From assembly GCF_003018235.1 (NCBI RefSeq), contig NZ_CP027437.1: a DNA stretch of 64,000 bases; one strand, written 5' to 3'. Each line of letters starts with the position of its first letter. Within the stretch, counting starts at the first letter, position 1. Positions 54,176 to 64,000 of this stretch are shown one piece after another. The notes beneath the pieces were generated by a model. The model worked only from the letters and a program-made list of their open reading frames with translations. It did not search any database and was not told where the DNA came from. Source of the stretch: Escherichia coli. GTDB taxonomy: Bacteria > Pseudomonadota > Gammaproteobacteria > Enterobacterales > Enterobacteriaceae. Made by a program: the position numbers and the translations under genes.

Positions 54176-55366
54176 TCACAGCACCTTATGCGGGCCAAAG
54201 CATTCGTAATGAATGTTTTCCTGCTTCACGCCCAGATCCACTAACTGTTTCGCGGCAAACTGCATGAAGCCAACCGGGCCGCAGAGATAGAACTGCATTG
54301 TCGGATCGCTGAACGCACCTTCCAGTTTGCTCAAATCCATCAGACCTTCGCTATCAAACTGACCTTTAGCGCGATCGGCTTCGCTTGGCTGACGATACCA
54401 GGTGTGCGCGGTAAAGCGCGGCAGTGCTTGCCCCAGTTCCTTAACTTCATCGGCAAAGGCGTGAACATCGCCATTTTCTGCCGCATGGAACCAGTTCACT
54501 TGTGCTGTGTGGCCAGCTTTTGCCAGCGTGTCGAGCATTGCCAGCATTGGCGTTTGACCGACACCGGCAGAGATTAACGTCACTGGTGTGTCATCTGCGA
54601 CAGCCATAAAGAAATCACCTGCTGGAGCAACCAGTTTCACGACATCGCCAACATTGGCGTGATTGTGCAGCCAGTTGGATACCTGCCCACCCTCTTCGCG
54701 TTTCACCGCAATACGATAGCCTTTGCCATCCGGTTTGCGAGTCAAAGAGTACTGACGAATTTCCTGATGCGGGAAACCTTCCGGCTTCAGCCAGACGCCG
54801 AGATATTGCCCCGGACGGTATTCTGCCACTGCGCCACCGTCGACCGGCTCCAGTTCGAAGCTGGTGATAAGTGCGCTGCGCGGTGTTTTAGCCACAATGC
54901 GGAAATCGCGAGTACCTTCCCAGCCACCGGCTTTGCTGGCGTTTTCGTTATAGATTTCCGCCTCGCGATTGATAAATACATTAGCCAGTACGCCATAGGC
55001 TTTACCCCACGCGTCCAGCACTTCCTGGCCCGGGCTGAACATTTCGTCCAGCGTCGCCAACAGGTGTTCACCGACAATGTTGTACTGTTCCGGTTTGATC
55101 TGGAAGCTGGTGTGCTTCTGCGCGATTTTTTCTACCGCTGGCAGCAGCGCAGGCAGGTTTTCAATATTACTGGCGTAGGCGGCAATAGCGTTAAACAGGG
55201 CTTCACGTTGATCGCCATTGCGCTGGTTACTCATGTTAAAAATTTCTTTGAGTTCTGGGTTATGAGTAAACATACGGTCGTAGAAATGGGCGGTTAACTT
55301 TGGCCCCGTTTCCACCAGTAAAGGGATGGTGGCTTTTACTGTAGCGATGGTTTGAGCGTCAAGCAT
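54176..55366 (-). CDS. hmp: Flavohemoglobin (nitric oxide dioxygenase)
   Basis: 396 aa from [11 protein letters not shown]; globin plus FAD/NAD reductase domains. Confidence 0.95.
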   Translation of the reverse strand: MLDAQTIATVKATIPLLVETGPKLTAHFYDRMFTHNPELKEIFNMSNQRNGDQREALFNAIAAYASNIENLPALLPAVEKIAQKHTSFQIKPEQYNIVGEHLLATLDEMFSPGQEVLDAWGKAYGVLANVFINREAEIYNENASKAGGWEGTRDFRIVAKTPRSALITSFELEPVDGGAVAEYRPGQYLGVWLKPEGFPHQEIRQYSLTRKPDGKGYRIAVKREEGGQVSNWLHNHANVGDVVKLVAPAGDFFMAVADDTPVTLISAGVGQTPMLAMLDTLAKAGHTAQVNWFHAAENGDVHAFADEVKELGQALPRFTAHTWYRQPSEADRAKGQFDSEGLMDLSKLEGAFSDPTMQFYLCGPVGFMQFAAKQLVDLGVKQENIHYECFGPHKVL

Positions 55367-55394
55367 ATGGTCTTCCTTTTTTTGCATCTTAATT

Positions 55395-55415
55395 GATGTA
55401 TCTCAAATGCATCTT
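55395..55415 (-). promoter_or_regulatory. NsrR operator in the hmp promoter (AAGATGCATTTGAGATACATC on the minus strand)
   Basis: Matches the well-known hmp NsrR site as recalled. Confidence 0.7.
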
Positions 55416-55693
55416 ATAAAAAATAGCCCTGCAATGTAAATGGTTCTTTGGTGTTTTTCAGAAAGAATGTGATGAAGTGAAAAATTTGCATCACAAACCT
55501 GAAAAGAAATCCGTTTCCGGTTGCAAGCTCTTTATTCTCCAAAGCCTTGCGCAGCCTGAAGGTAATCGTTTGCGTAAATTCCTTTGTCAAGACCTGTTAT
55601 CGCACAATGATTCGGTTATACTGTTCGCCGTTGTCCAACAGGACCGCCTATAAAGGCCAAAAATTTTATTGTTAGCTGAGTCAGGAGATGCGG

Positions 55694-56947
55694 ATGTTAA
55701 AGCGTGAAATGAACATTGCCGATTATGATGCCGAACTGTGGCAGGCTATGGAGCAGGAAAAAGTACGTCAGGAAGAGCACATCGAACTGATCGCCTCCGA
55801 AAACTACACCAGCCCGCGCGTAATGCAGGCGCAGGGTTCTCAGCTGACCAACAAATATGCTGAAGGTTATCCGGGCAAACGCTACTACGGCGGTTGCGAG
55901 TATGTTGATATCGTTGAACAACTGGCGATCGATCGTGCGAAAGAACTGTTCGGTGCTGACTACGCTAACGTCCAGCCGCACTCCGGCTCCCAGGCTAACT
56001 TTGCGGTGTACACCGCGCTGCTGGAACCAGGTGATACCGTTCTGGGTATGAACCTGGCGCATGGCGGTCACCTGACTCACGGTTCTCCGGTTAACTTCTC
56101 CGGTAAACTGTACAACATCGTTCCTTACGGTATCGATGCTAGCGGTCATATCGACTACGCCGATCTGGAAAAACAAGCCAAAGAACACAAACCGAAAATG
56201 ATTATCGGTGGCTTCTCTGCATATTCCGGCGTGGTGGACTGGGCGAAAATGCGTGAAATCGCTGACAGCATCGGTGCTTACCTGTTCGTTGATATGGCGC
56301 ACGTTGCGGGCCTGGTTGCTGCTGGCGTCTACCCGAACCCGGTTCCTCATGCTCACGTTGTTACTACCACCACTCACAAAACCCTGGCGGGTCCGCGCGG
56401 TGGCCTGATCCTGGCGAAAGGTGGTAGCGAAGAGCTGTACAAAAAACTGAACTCTGCCGTTTTCCCTGGTGGTCAGGGCGGTCCGTTGATGCACGTAATC
56501 GCCGGTAAAGCGGTTGCTCTGAAAGAAGCGATGGAGCCTGAGTTCAAAACTTACCAGCAGCAGGTCGCTAAAAACGCTAAAGCGATGGTAGAAGTGTTCC
56601 TGGAACGCGGCTACAAAGTGGTTTCCGGCGGCACTGATAACCACCTGTTCCTGGTTGATCTGGTTGATAAAAAACTGACCGGTAAAGAAGCGGACGCCGC
56701 TCTGGGCCGTGCTAACATCACCGTCAACAAAAACAGCGTACCGAACGATCCGAAGAGCCCGTTTGTGACCTCCGGTATTCGCGTGGGTACTCCGGCGATT
56801 ACCCGTCGTGGCTTTAAAGAAGCCGAAGCGAAAGAACTGGCTGGCTGGATGTGTGACGTGCTGGACAGCATCAATGATGAAGCGGTTATTGAGCGCATCA
56901 AAGGTAAAGTTCTCGACATCTGTGCACGTTACCCGGTTTACGCATAA
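55694..56947 (+). CDS. glyA: Serine hydroxymethyltransferase
   Basis: 417 aa from [12 protein letters not shown]. Confidence 0.97.
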   Translation: MLKREMNIADYDAELWQAMEQEKVRQEEHIELIASENYTSPRVMQAQGSQLTNKYAEGYPGKRYYGGCEYVDIVEQLAIDRAKELFGADYANVQPHSGSQANFAVYTALLEPGDTVLGMNLAHGGHLTHGSPVNFSGKLYNIVPYGIDASGHIDYADLEKQAKEHKPKMIIGGFSAYSGVVDWAKMREIADSIGAYLFVDMAHVAGLVAAGVYPNPVPHAHVVTTTTHKTLAGPRGGLILAKGGSEELYKKLNSAVFPGGQGGPLMHVIAGKAVALKEAMEPEFKTYQQQVAKNAKAMVEVFLERGYKVVSGGTDNHLFLVDLVDKKLTGKEADAALGRANITVNKNSVPNDPKSPFVTSGIRVGTPAITRRGFKEAEAKELAGWMCDVLDSINDEAVIERIKGKVLDICARYPVYA

Positions 56948-56969
56948 GCGAAACGGTTAATCTGTTGAA

Positions 56970-56995
56970 AAAAGGCTTCCTTCGGGAAGCCTTTC
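56970..56995 (+). terminator. Terminator hairpin after glyA
   Basis: AAAGGCTTCC-TTCG-GGAAGCCTTT followed by a T-rich stretch. Confidence 0.7.
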
Positions 56996-57010
56996 TACGT
57001 TATCGCGCCA

Positions 57011-58204
57011 TCAAATCTGTCGTAACTGCGCCTCAACATACAAATAGCCAATCCCCAGCACCTGTTGTGCGCGGCTTAATTGCCCAAAGCCAATTTTCGT
57101 CGCTTTCACGCTCGGTCCTTCGTCGCGGTCGAACGGGTTAAATCCCGTCTGGCGAATAATGGTATTAAGCCAGTGCTTACCAAAGGCACAACTGCGACCG
57201 TACAACCAAATCTGATTAATATTGAGGATGTTGAGGAAGTTATACAGACTCAAACCAATGGCATTGGCAGAGCGATCAACCCAACTGGTGATCCACGGTT
57301 CTCCACTCTGCCAGGCAGCGATTAACTGCGCTGTTGTCAGTTTTTCAGGATCAAGCTGAGTATTAACCGGTTGTGATTTTAGCCATACCCGCGCCTGTTT
57401 TTTTAATGCACTTAACGAGGCGACGGTTTCCAGGCAGCCGTAACGTCCACAGTCGCAGACGACGCCATCCGGATTAACGATGGTGTGACCAATCTGTCCG
57501 CTACCATACAAACAGCCGCGATAAATTTGCTCGTTAATCACGAACGACGAGCCAATGCCGTAATCAACGTTGATCACGCAGAAATCCCGTTCCTGCGAAT
57601 TATTTTGCCATTTCTCCGCCAGCGCCAGCATCACGCAGTCATTATCGACCATCACCCGAATGCCGAGCTTCTCTTCCAGCAGATACTTTACCTCAACCGG
57701 CGTTGTCCACGGCGCTTGCGGCATGGTTTGCGACACGCCAGTCACCGGATCAACCTGACCGTGGATTGCCAGCGCCAGGTTGATGGTACGGTCCGGCCAC
57801 AATTTACGGTGGCGATGCCAGCATTTTTCGATTTCGGACAGCAGCGCCTGCGGCGTCGGTGCATCAATCTGTAAATACTCAAATTCACCTTTCGGACTTA
57901 AACAGGCGTTAGCGACCTGACACTCAATACTGGTGGGCGTCACGTTCAGGCACAGCGTCCAGTCACCTTCCGGCGCAATCAGCCATGTACCGCTACTATG
58001 CCCGCGCGTCTGGCTTTCATCGTCGATATTCACCACCCGTTTTTCGCTTTCCAGTTCCTGCAAAATATTACTGACCGCCGGAATCGAAATTTGCGCCAGC
58101 CGGGCCAGGGTTGATTTATTGGCGCGCTTTTGCCGGTACAGCAGTTCCAGAATCACGCATTTGTTATGGTGGCGAATCTGTTGATTATTAATGCAGGCTC
58201 TCAT
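57011..58204 (-). CDS. yphH: ROK-family (NagC/XylR-like) transcriptional regulator YphH
   Basis: 397 aa from MRACINNQQIRHH; N-terminal HTH and ROK sugar-kinase-like fold. Confidence 0.85.
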   Translation of the reverse strand: MRACINNQQIRHHNKCVILELLYRQKRANKSTLARLAQISIPAVSNILQELESEKRVVNIDDESQTRGHSSGTWLIAPEGDWTLCLNVTPTSIECQVANACLSPKGEFEYLQIDAPTPQALLSEIEKCWHRHRKLWPDRTINLALAIHGQVDPVTGVSQTMPQAPWTTPVEVKYLLEEKLGIRVMVDNDCVMLALAEKWQNNSQERDFCVINVDYGIGSSFVINEQIYRGCLYGSGQIGHTIVNPDGVVCDCGRYGCLETVASLSALKKQARVWLKSQPVNTQLDPEKLTTAQLIAAWQSGEPWITSWVDRSANAIGLSLYNFLNILNINQIWLYGRSCAFGKHWLNTIIRQTGFNPFDRDEGPSVKATKIGFGQLSRAQQVLGIGYLYVEAQLRQI

Positions 58205-58321
58205 CTTCACTAAACCTTGTTTAGTTAATTGCGTGATTATTCCGCGAAAACATTGCCAGATTGTTCAATACACTGCCACAAATCTTTTAATTCAGTATGT
58301 CTTGTTAATATTGAGGGCACC

Positions 58322-61300
58322 ATGACTCCAGTAAAAGTGTGGCAAGAGCGCGTTGAGATCCCGACCTATGAAACCGGGCCGCAGGATATACATCCTATGT
58401 TCCTGGAAAATCGCGTTTATCAGGGATCGTCCGGCGCGGTTTATCCCTACGGCGTGACCGATACGCTGAGCGAGCAGAAAACCCTGAAATCCTGGCAGGC
58501 GGTGTGGCTGGAAAACGACTACATCAAAGTGATGATCCTGCCGGAGTTGGGCGGTCGGGTGCATCGCGCATGGGATAAAGTGAAACAGCGCGATTTTGTC
58601 TATCACAATGAAGTCATTAAACCGGCGCTGGTGGGGCTGCTGGGACCGTGGATCTCCGGCGGGATTGAGTTTAACTGGCCGCAACACCATCGCCCGACCA
58701 CCTTTATGCCCGTTGATTTCACCCTCGAAGCCCATGAAGACGGCGCACAGACGGTGTGGGTAGGCGAAACGGAGCCGATGCATGGTTTACAGGTGATGAC
58801 AGGTTTCACCCTGCGTCCTGACCGGGCGGCACTGGAAATCGCCAGCCGCGTCTATAACGGCAACGCCACGCCGCGTCATTTCTTGTGGTGGGCCAACCCG
58901 GCAGTGAAAGGGGGTGAAGGGCATCAGAGCGTCTTCCCGCCGGATGTAACGGCGGTGTTTGATCACGGCAAACGGGCCGTCTCTGCTTTCCCCATCGCCA
59001 CCGGCACTTACTACAAAGTGGACTACTCCGCTGGAGTGGACATTTCTCGCTATAAAAATGTGCCTGTTCCAACCTCATATATGGCTGAAAAATCACAGTA
59101 CGATTTTGTTGGCGCGTGGTGTCACGATGAAGATGGCGGTTTGCTACACGTTGCCAACCACCATATCGCGCCAGGTAAAAAACAGTGGAGCTGGGGACAC
59201 AGTGAATTTGGCCAGGCGTGGGATAAGAGTCTGACCGACAATAACGGCCCGTATATCGAACTGATGACCGGTATTTTTGCCGATAACCAGCCTGATTTTA
59301 CCTGGCTTGATGCGTACGAGGAGAAGCGTTTCGAGCAGTATTTCCTGCCTTATCATTCTCTGGGCATGGTGCAAAATGCCTCCCGCGATGCGGCGATAAA
59401 ACTCCAGCGTAGTGAGCGGGGGATTGAGTGGGGGCTGTATGCCATCTCTCCGTTGAAAGGATACCGTCTGGCGATCCGCGAAATCGGCAAATGCAACGCG
59501 TTACTCGATGATGCCGTGGCCCTGACACCAGCGACCGCCATCCAGGGCGTGTTGCACGGTATCAATCCTGACAGACTGACCATTGAACTCTCCGATGCCG
59601 ACGGCAATATTGTACTGAGTTATCAGGAACATCAGCCGCAGGAGTTGCCGTTGCCGGACGTCGCCAAAGCGCCACTGGCAGCACAAGACATTGCCAGTAC
59701 AGATGAAGCCTGGTTTATCGGTCAGCATCTAGAGCAATATCATCACGCCAGTCGTTCACCGTTCGATTACTACCTGCGCGGTGTGGCGCTGGACCCGCTG
59801 GATTATCGCTGTAACCTGGCGCTGGCGATGCTGGAATATAACCGCGCAGATTTCCCGCAAGCGGTGGTGTATGCCAGTCAGGCGCTGAAACGCGCACATG
59901 CGCTGAACAAAAACCCGCAGAGTGGACAGGCCAGTTTGATTCGCGCCAGTGCTTACGAACGTCAGGGGCAATATCAACAAGCCGAAGAGGATTTCTGGCG
60001 GGCGGTCTGGAGCGGCAACAGTAAAGCAGGTGGCTATTATGGTCTGGCACGGCTGGCGGCGCGTAATGGTAACTTCGACGCTGGTCTGGATTTTTGCCAA
60101 CAAAGTCTTCGCGCCTGCCCAACCAATCAGGAAGTGCTTTGCCTGCATAATCTGCTGCTGGTGTTAAGTGGTCGTCAGGACAACGCGCGTTTGCAGCGCG
60201 AGAAACTGCTGCGTGATTATCCGCTGAACGCCACTCTGTGGTGGCTGAACTGGTTCGATGGTCGTAGCGAATCAGCCTTCGCGCAGTGGCGCGGTCTGTG
60301 TCAGGGACGCGACGTTAACGCCCTGATGACCGCCGGGCAACTGATTAACTGGGGAATGCCCACCCTGGCGGCAGAGATGCTGAACGCACTGGACTGCCAG
60401 CGCACACTGCCGCTTTACCTGCAAGCCAGCTTGCTGCCGAAAGCTGAACGCGGCGAACTGGTCGCAAAAGCCATTGATGTCTTCCCACAGTTTGTCCGTT
60501 TCCCGAATACGCTGGAAGAAGTGGCGGCGCTGGAGAGTATTGAAGAGTGCTGGTTTGCCCGTCATTTACTGGCCTGCTTCTACTACAACAAGCGCAGCTA
60601 CAACAAAGCCATTACTTTATGGCAACGTTGCGTAGAGATGTCGCCGGAGTTTGCCGACGGCTGGCGCGGGTTAGCGATCCATGCGTGGAATAAGCAACAC
60701 GATTATGAGCTGGCCGCGCGTTATCTTGATAATGCTTATCAGCTTGCGCCGCAGGATGCACGTCTGCTTTTTGAACGGGATTTGCTGGATAAGTTAAGCG
60801 GTGTCACACCGGAGAAACGACTGGCGCGTCTGGAAAATAATCTTGAAATTGCGCTGAAACGCGACGACATGACCGCAGAACTGCTCAATTTGTGGCATCT
60901 CACTGGTCAGGCAGACAAAGCGGCGGACATTCTCGCCACGCGCAAATTCCACCCGTGGGAAGGCGGGGAAGGGAAGATCACCAGTCAGTTTATCCTCAAC
61001 CAGTTATTACGCGCCTGGCAGCATCTTGATGCCAGAGAGCCGCAGCAGGCCAGCGAACTGCTTCATGCCGCGCTGCATTATCCGGAGAATTTAAGTGAAG
61101 GCCGTTTACCGGGGCAAACTGATAACGACATCTGGTTCTGGCAGGCGATATGCGCCAACGCGCAGGGCGATGAAACTGAAGCGATGCGTTGTTTACGTCT
61201 GGCGGCGACTGGCGATCGCACCATTAACATTCACAGTTATTACAACGATCAGCCGGTTGATTATCTCTTCTGGCAAGGGATGGCGCTGCGACTGCTGGGC

Positions 61301-61603
61301 GAACAACAAACCGCACAGCAACTGTTTAGTGAAATGAAACAGTGGGCGCAAGAGATGGCGAAAACCAGTATCGAAGCGGATTTCTTTGCCGTCTCGCAAC
61401 CTGACTTGTTGTCGCTGTATGGCGATTTACAACAGCAGCATAAAGAAAAATGCCTGATGGTGGCGATGCTGGCGTCCGCGGGACTCGGGGAGATTGTGCA
61501 CTATGAATCTGCTCGCGCTGAATTGACGGCGATTAATCCGGCCTGGCCGAAAGCGGCATTATTCACCACTGTGATGCCTTTTATTTTTAACTACGTTCAC
61601 TAA
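58322..61603 (+). CDS. yphG: Large uncharacterised protein YphG with TPR-like C-terminal repeats
   Basis: ATG at 58322 with a GAGGG Shine-Dalgarno gives 1093 aa; the ORF track starts at a TTG at 58229 (1124 aa), only 24 bp from the divergent yphH start and without a Shine-Dalgarno. Start is uncertain. Confidence 0.8.
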   Translation: MTPVKVWQERVEIPTYETGPQDIHPMFLENRVYQGSSGAVYPYGVTDTLSEQKTLKSWQAVWLENDYIKVMILPELGGRVHRAWDKVKQRDFVYHNEVIKPALVGLLGPWISGGIEFNWPQHHRPTTFMPVDFTLEAHEDGAQTVWVGETEPMHGLQVMTGFTLRPDRAALEIASRVYNGNATPRHFLWWANPAVKGGEGHQSVFPPDVTAVFDHGKRAVSAFPIATGTYYKVDYSAGVDISRYKNVPVPTSYMAEKSQYDFVGAWCHDEDGGLLHVANHHIAPGKKQWSWGHSEFGQAWDKSLTDNNGPYIELMTGIFADNQPDFTWLDAYEEKRFEQYFLPYHSLGMVQNASRDAAIKLQRSERGIEWGLYAISPLKGYRLAIREIGKCNALLDDAVALTPATAIQGVLHGINPDRLTIELSDADGNIVLSYQEHQPQELPLPDVAKAPLAAQDIASTDEAWFIGQHLEQYHHASRSPFDYYLRGVALDPLDYRCNLALAMLEYNRADFPQAVVYASQALKRAHALNKNPQSGQASLIRASAYERQGQYQQAEEDFWRAVWSGNSKAGGYYGLARLAARNGNFDAGLDFCQQSLRACPTNQEVLCLHNLLLVLSGRQDNARLQREKLLRDYPLNATLWWLNWFDGRSESAFAQWRGLCQGRDVNALMTAGQLINWGMPTLAAEMLNALDCQRTLPLYLQASLLPKAERGELVAKAIDVFPQFVRFPNTLEEVAALESIEECWFARHLLACFYYNKRSYNKAITLWQRCVEMSPEFADGWRGLAIHAWNKQHDYELAARYLDNAYQLAPQDARLLFERDLLDKLSGVTPEKRLARLENNLEIALKRDDMTAELLNLWHLTGQADKAADILATRKFHPWEGGEGKITSQFILNQLLRAWQHLDAREPQQASELLHAALHYPENLSEGRLPGQTDNDIWFWQAICANAQGDETEAMRCLRLAATGDRTINIHSYYNDQPVDYLFWQGMALRLLGEQQTAQQLFSEMKQWAQEMAKTSIEADFFAVSQPDLLSLYGDLQQQHKEKCLMVAMLASAGLGEIVHYESARAELTAINPAWPKAALFTTVMPFIFNYVH

Positions 61604-61699
61604 ACCCTATTAACTGTAATATTTGAGCGGCACGCGCTGCCGCTCACGCTCAAATAATTAAAATAAGCCGTTGTAAATAAAAAACCTACAGGAGGTACT

Positions 61700-62683
61700 A
61701 TGCCTAAAAAAATGAGAACAACCCGTAATCTATTATTAATGGCTACGCTATTAGGTAGCGCACTATTTGCCAGGGCTGCGGATAAAGAAATGACCATTGG
61801 CGCAATATACCTTGATACCCAGGGATATTACGCTGGCGTGCGTCAGGGCGTTCAGGATGCGGCAAAAGATTCTTCAGTACAGGTACAGTTAATTGAAACT
61901 AACGCCCAGGGTGATATTTCGAAAGAAAGTACCTTTGTTGATACCCTCGTGGCGCGTAATGTCGATGCCATTATTTTATCGGCAGTGTCTGAAAATGGCA
62001 GTAGCCGTACCGTTCGTCGCGCCAGTGAAGCGGGTATTCCGGTTATTTGCTACAACACCTGTATTAATCAAAAGGGGGTCGATAAATATGTCTCGGCGTA
62101 TCTGGTCGGCGATCCGCTGGAATTTGGTAAAAAACTGGGTAATGCTGCCGCCGATTATTTTATTGCCAACAAAATTGACCAGCCGAAAATTGCCGTTATC
62201 AATTGCGAAGCCTTTGAAGTTTGTGTGCAACGACGTAAAGGGTTTGAAGAAGTATTAAAAGCCCGTGTTCCCGGCGTGCAAATTGTCGCTAATCAGGAAG
62301 GGACTGTTTTAGATAAAGCGATTTCCGTTGGTGAAAAACTAATTATCTCCACGCCGGATCTCAACGCCATTATGGGCGAATCGGGCGGTGCGACACTCGG
62401 CGCGGTAAAAGCGGTACGTAATCAAAATCAGGCCGGAAAAATTGCTGTTTTCGGTTCGGATATGACAACCGAAATTGCTCAGGAGCTGGAAAACAATCAG
62501 GTGCTGAAAGCGGTAGTGGATATTTCCGGTAAGAAAATGGGCAATGCTGTTTTCGCGCAAACTTTGAAGGTTATCAATAAACAAGCCGACGGTGCAAAAG
62601 TGATTCAGGTGCCTATCGATCTCTATACCAAAACGGAAGACGGTAAACAGTGGCTGGCAACGCACGTTGATAGTCTGCCCTAA
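61700..62683 (+). CDS. yphF: ABC transporter periplasmic sugar-binding protein (LacI/RbsB-type fold) YphF
   Basis: 327 aa with signal peptide. Confidence 0.85.
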   Translation: MPKKMRTTRNLLLMATLLGSALFARAADKEMTIGAIYLDTQGYYAGVRQGVQDAAKDSSVQVQLIETNAQGDISKESTFVDTLVARNVDAIILSAVSENGSSRTVRRASEAGIPVICYNTCINQKGVDKYVSAYLVGDPLEFGKKLGNAAADYFIANKIDQPKIAVINCEAFEVCVQRRKGFEEVLKARVPGVQIVANQEGTVLDKAISVGEKLIISTPDLNAIMGESGGATLGAVKAVRNQNQAGKIAVFGSDMTTEIAQELENNQVLKAVVDISGKKMGNAVFAQTLKVINKQADGAKVIQVPIDLYTKTEDGKQWLATHVDSLP

Positions 62684-62705
62684 TCGCTGATTCGCAGAGG
62701 TCCCT

Positions 62706-64000
62706 ATGTTCACGGCAACAGAGGCAGTCCCGGTAGCAAAAGTGGTGGCAGGAAATAAGCGTTATCCCGGCGTCGTTGCGTTGGATAACGTTAACTTCAC
62801 GCTCAATAAAGGCGAAGTTCGTGCGCTGTTAGGCAAAAACGGCGCGGGCAAATCGACCCTCATTCGAATGCTTACCGGTAGCGAACGTCCGGATAGCGGT
62901 GATATCTGGATTGGCGAGACGCGACTGGAAGGTGACGAAGCTACGTTGACTCGCCGTGCCGCTGAACTGGGGGGTCGTGCGGTTTATCAGGAGTTAAGTC
63001 TGGTGGAGGGACTGACGGTGGCGGAAAACCTCTGCCTCGGTCAGTGGCCCCGCCGCAACGGCATGATTGATTACCTGCAAATGGCGCAGGATGCCCAACG
63101 TTGCTTACAGGCGCTGGGCGTTGACGTTAGCCCTGAACAACTTGTTTCAACGCTAAGCCCGGCGCAAAAGCAACTGGTGGAAATTGCGCGGGTGATGAAG
63201 GGCGAGCCGCGCGTGGTCATTCTTGATGAACCTACCAGTTCGCTTGCCAGTGCGGAAGTTGAACTGGTGATCAGCGCGGTTAAAAAGATGTCGGCACTGG
63301 GCGTGGCGGTGATTTATGTCAGCCACCGGATGGAAGAAATCCGCCGCATTGCCTCCTGTGCCACCGTTATGCGCGATGGTCAGGTGGCGGGCGATGTGAT
63401 GCTCGAAAACACCTCCACGCATCATATTGTGTCGCTAATGCTCGGGCGCGATCACGTTGATATTGCGCCGGTTTCCCCTCAGGAAATTGTCGATCAGGCC
63501 GTGCTGGAAGTCCGTGCGTTACGCCATAAGCCCAAGCTGGAGGATATCAGCTTTACGCTCCGTCGTGGCGAAGTACTCGGCATTGCTGGCCTGCTGGGGG
63601 CAGGGCGCAGTGAATTGTTGAAAGCCATAGTTGGGCTGGAGACGTATGAACAGGGCGAAATTGTTATCAACGGCGAGAAAATCACGCGCCCCGATTACGG
63701 CGACATGCTGAAACGCGGCATTGGCTATACGCCAGAAAACCGCAAAGAAGCGGGGATCATTCCCTGGCTGGGCGTTGACGAAAATACAGTGCTGACCAAT
63801 CGGCAAAAAATCAGCGCCAACGGTGTGCTGCAATGGTCCACCATCCGCCGCCTGACCGAAGAGGTGATGCAGCGGATGACGGTCAAGGCCGCCAGTAGCG
63901 AAACGCCCATCGGCACGCTTTCTGGCGGCAATCAGCAAAAAGTGGTGATCGGTCGTTGGGTCTATGCCGCCAGCCAGATTTTGTTGCTCGACGAGCCAAC
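62706..64000 (+). CDS. yphE: ABC transporter ATP-binding protein YphE (sugar importer type, two ATPase domains); 3' end truncated by the window
   Basis: Walker A GKNGAGKST, LSGGNQQK signature, second Walker A region GLLGAGRSE; open reading frame runs to the window end. Confidence 0.85.
   Translation, partial: MFTATEAVPVAKVVAGNKRYPGVVALDNVNFTLNKGEVRALLGKNGAGKSTLIRMLTGSERPDSGDIWIGETRLEGDEATLTRRAAELGGRAVYQELSLVEGLTVAENLCLGQWPRRNGMIDYLQMAQDAQRCLQALGVDVSPEQLVSTLSPAQKQLVEIARVMKGEPRVVILDEPTSSLASAEVELVISAVKKMSALGVAVIYVSHRMEEIRRIASCATVMRDGQVAGDVMLENTSTHHIVSLMLGRDHVDIAPVSPQEIVDQAVLEVRALRHKPKLEDISFTLRRGEVLGIAGLLGAGRSELLKAIVGLETYEQGEIVINGEKITRPDYGDMLKRGIGYTPENRKEAGIIPWLGVDENTVLTNRQKISANGVLQWSTIRRLTEEVMQRMTVKAASSETPIGTLSGGNQQKVVIGRWVYAASQILLLDEP

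Overview
This window reads as an Escherichia coli chromosomal segment, collinear with the K-12 map but in reverse orientation, running raiA - bamD - rluD - yfiH - clpB - rrnG - kgtP through to yphE. All gene identifications rest on reading the translated ORFs and on my memory of E. coli K-12 proteins and gene order; no database search or alignment was run. The one clearly accessory part is the first ~3.9 kb: a lambdoid prophage right arm (lom, a side tail fiber with collagen-like repeats, a tfa-position gene) followed by a small cassette that the ORF track misses or leaves unexplained, namely a 46-aa Hok/Gef-family type I toxin ORF (3136..3276) and a zinc-ribbon/TM2 membrane protein (3418..3714), abutting the 3' end of raiA. 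That cassette is the best candidate for an undescribed system; its function is inference only. The core region also carries several small features invisible to an ORF track: the shoB toxin (26 aa) with its presumed ohsC antisense partner, the glmY sRNA with a sigma54 promoter and three GlrR sites, and well-known operator and promoter motifs (sigma32, sigmaE, FNR, NsrR, PurR). Several ORF-track starts were trimmed to better-supported internal starts. No CRISPR array, IS element or integrase was seen.
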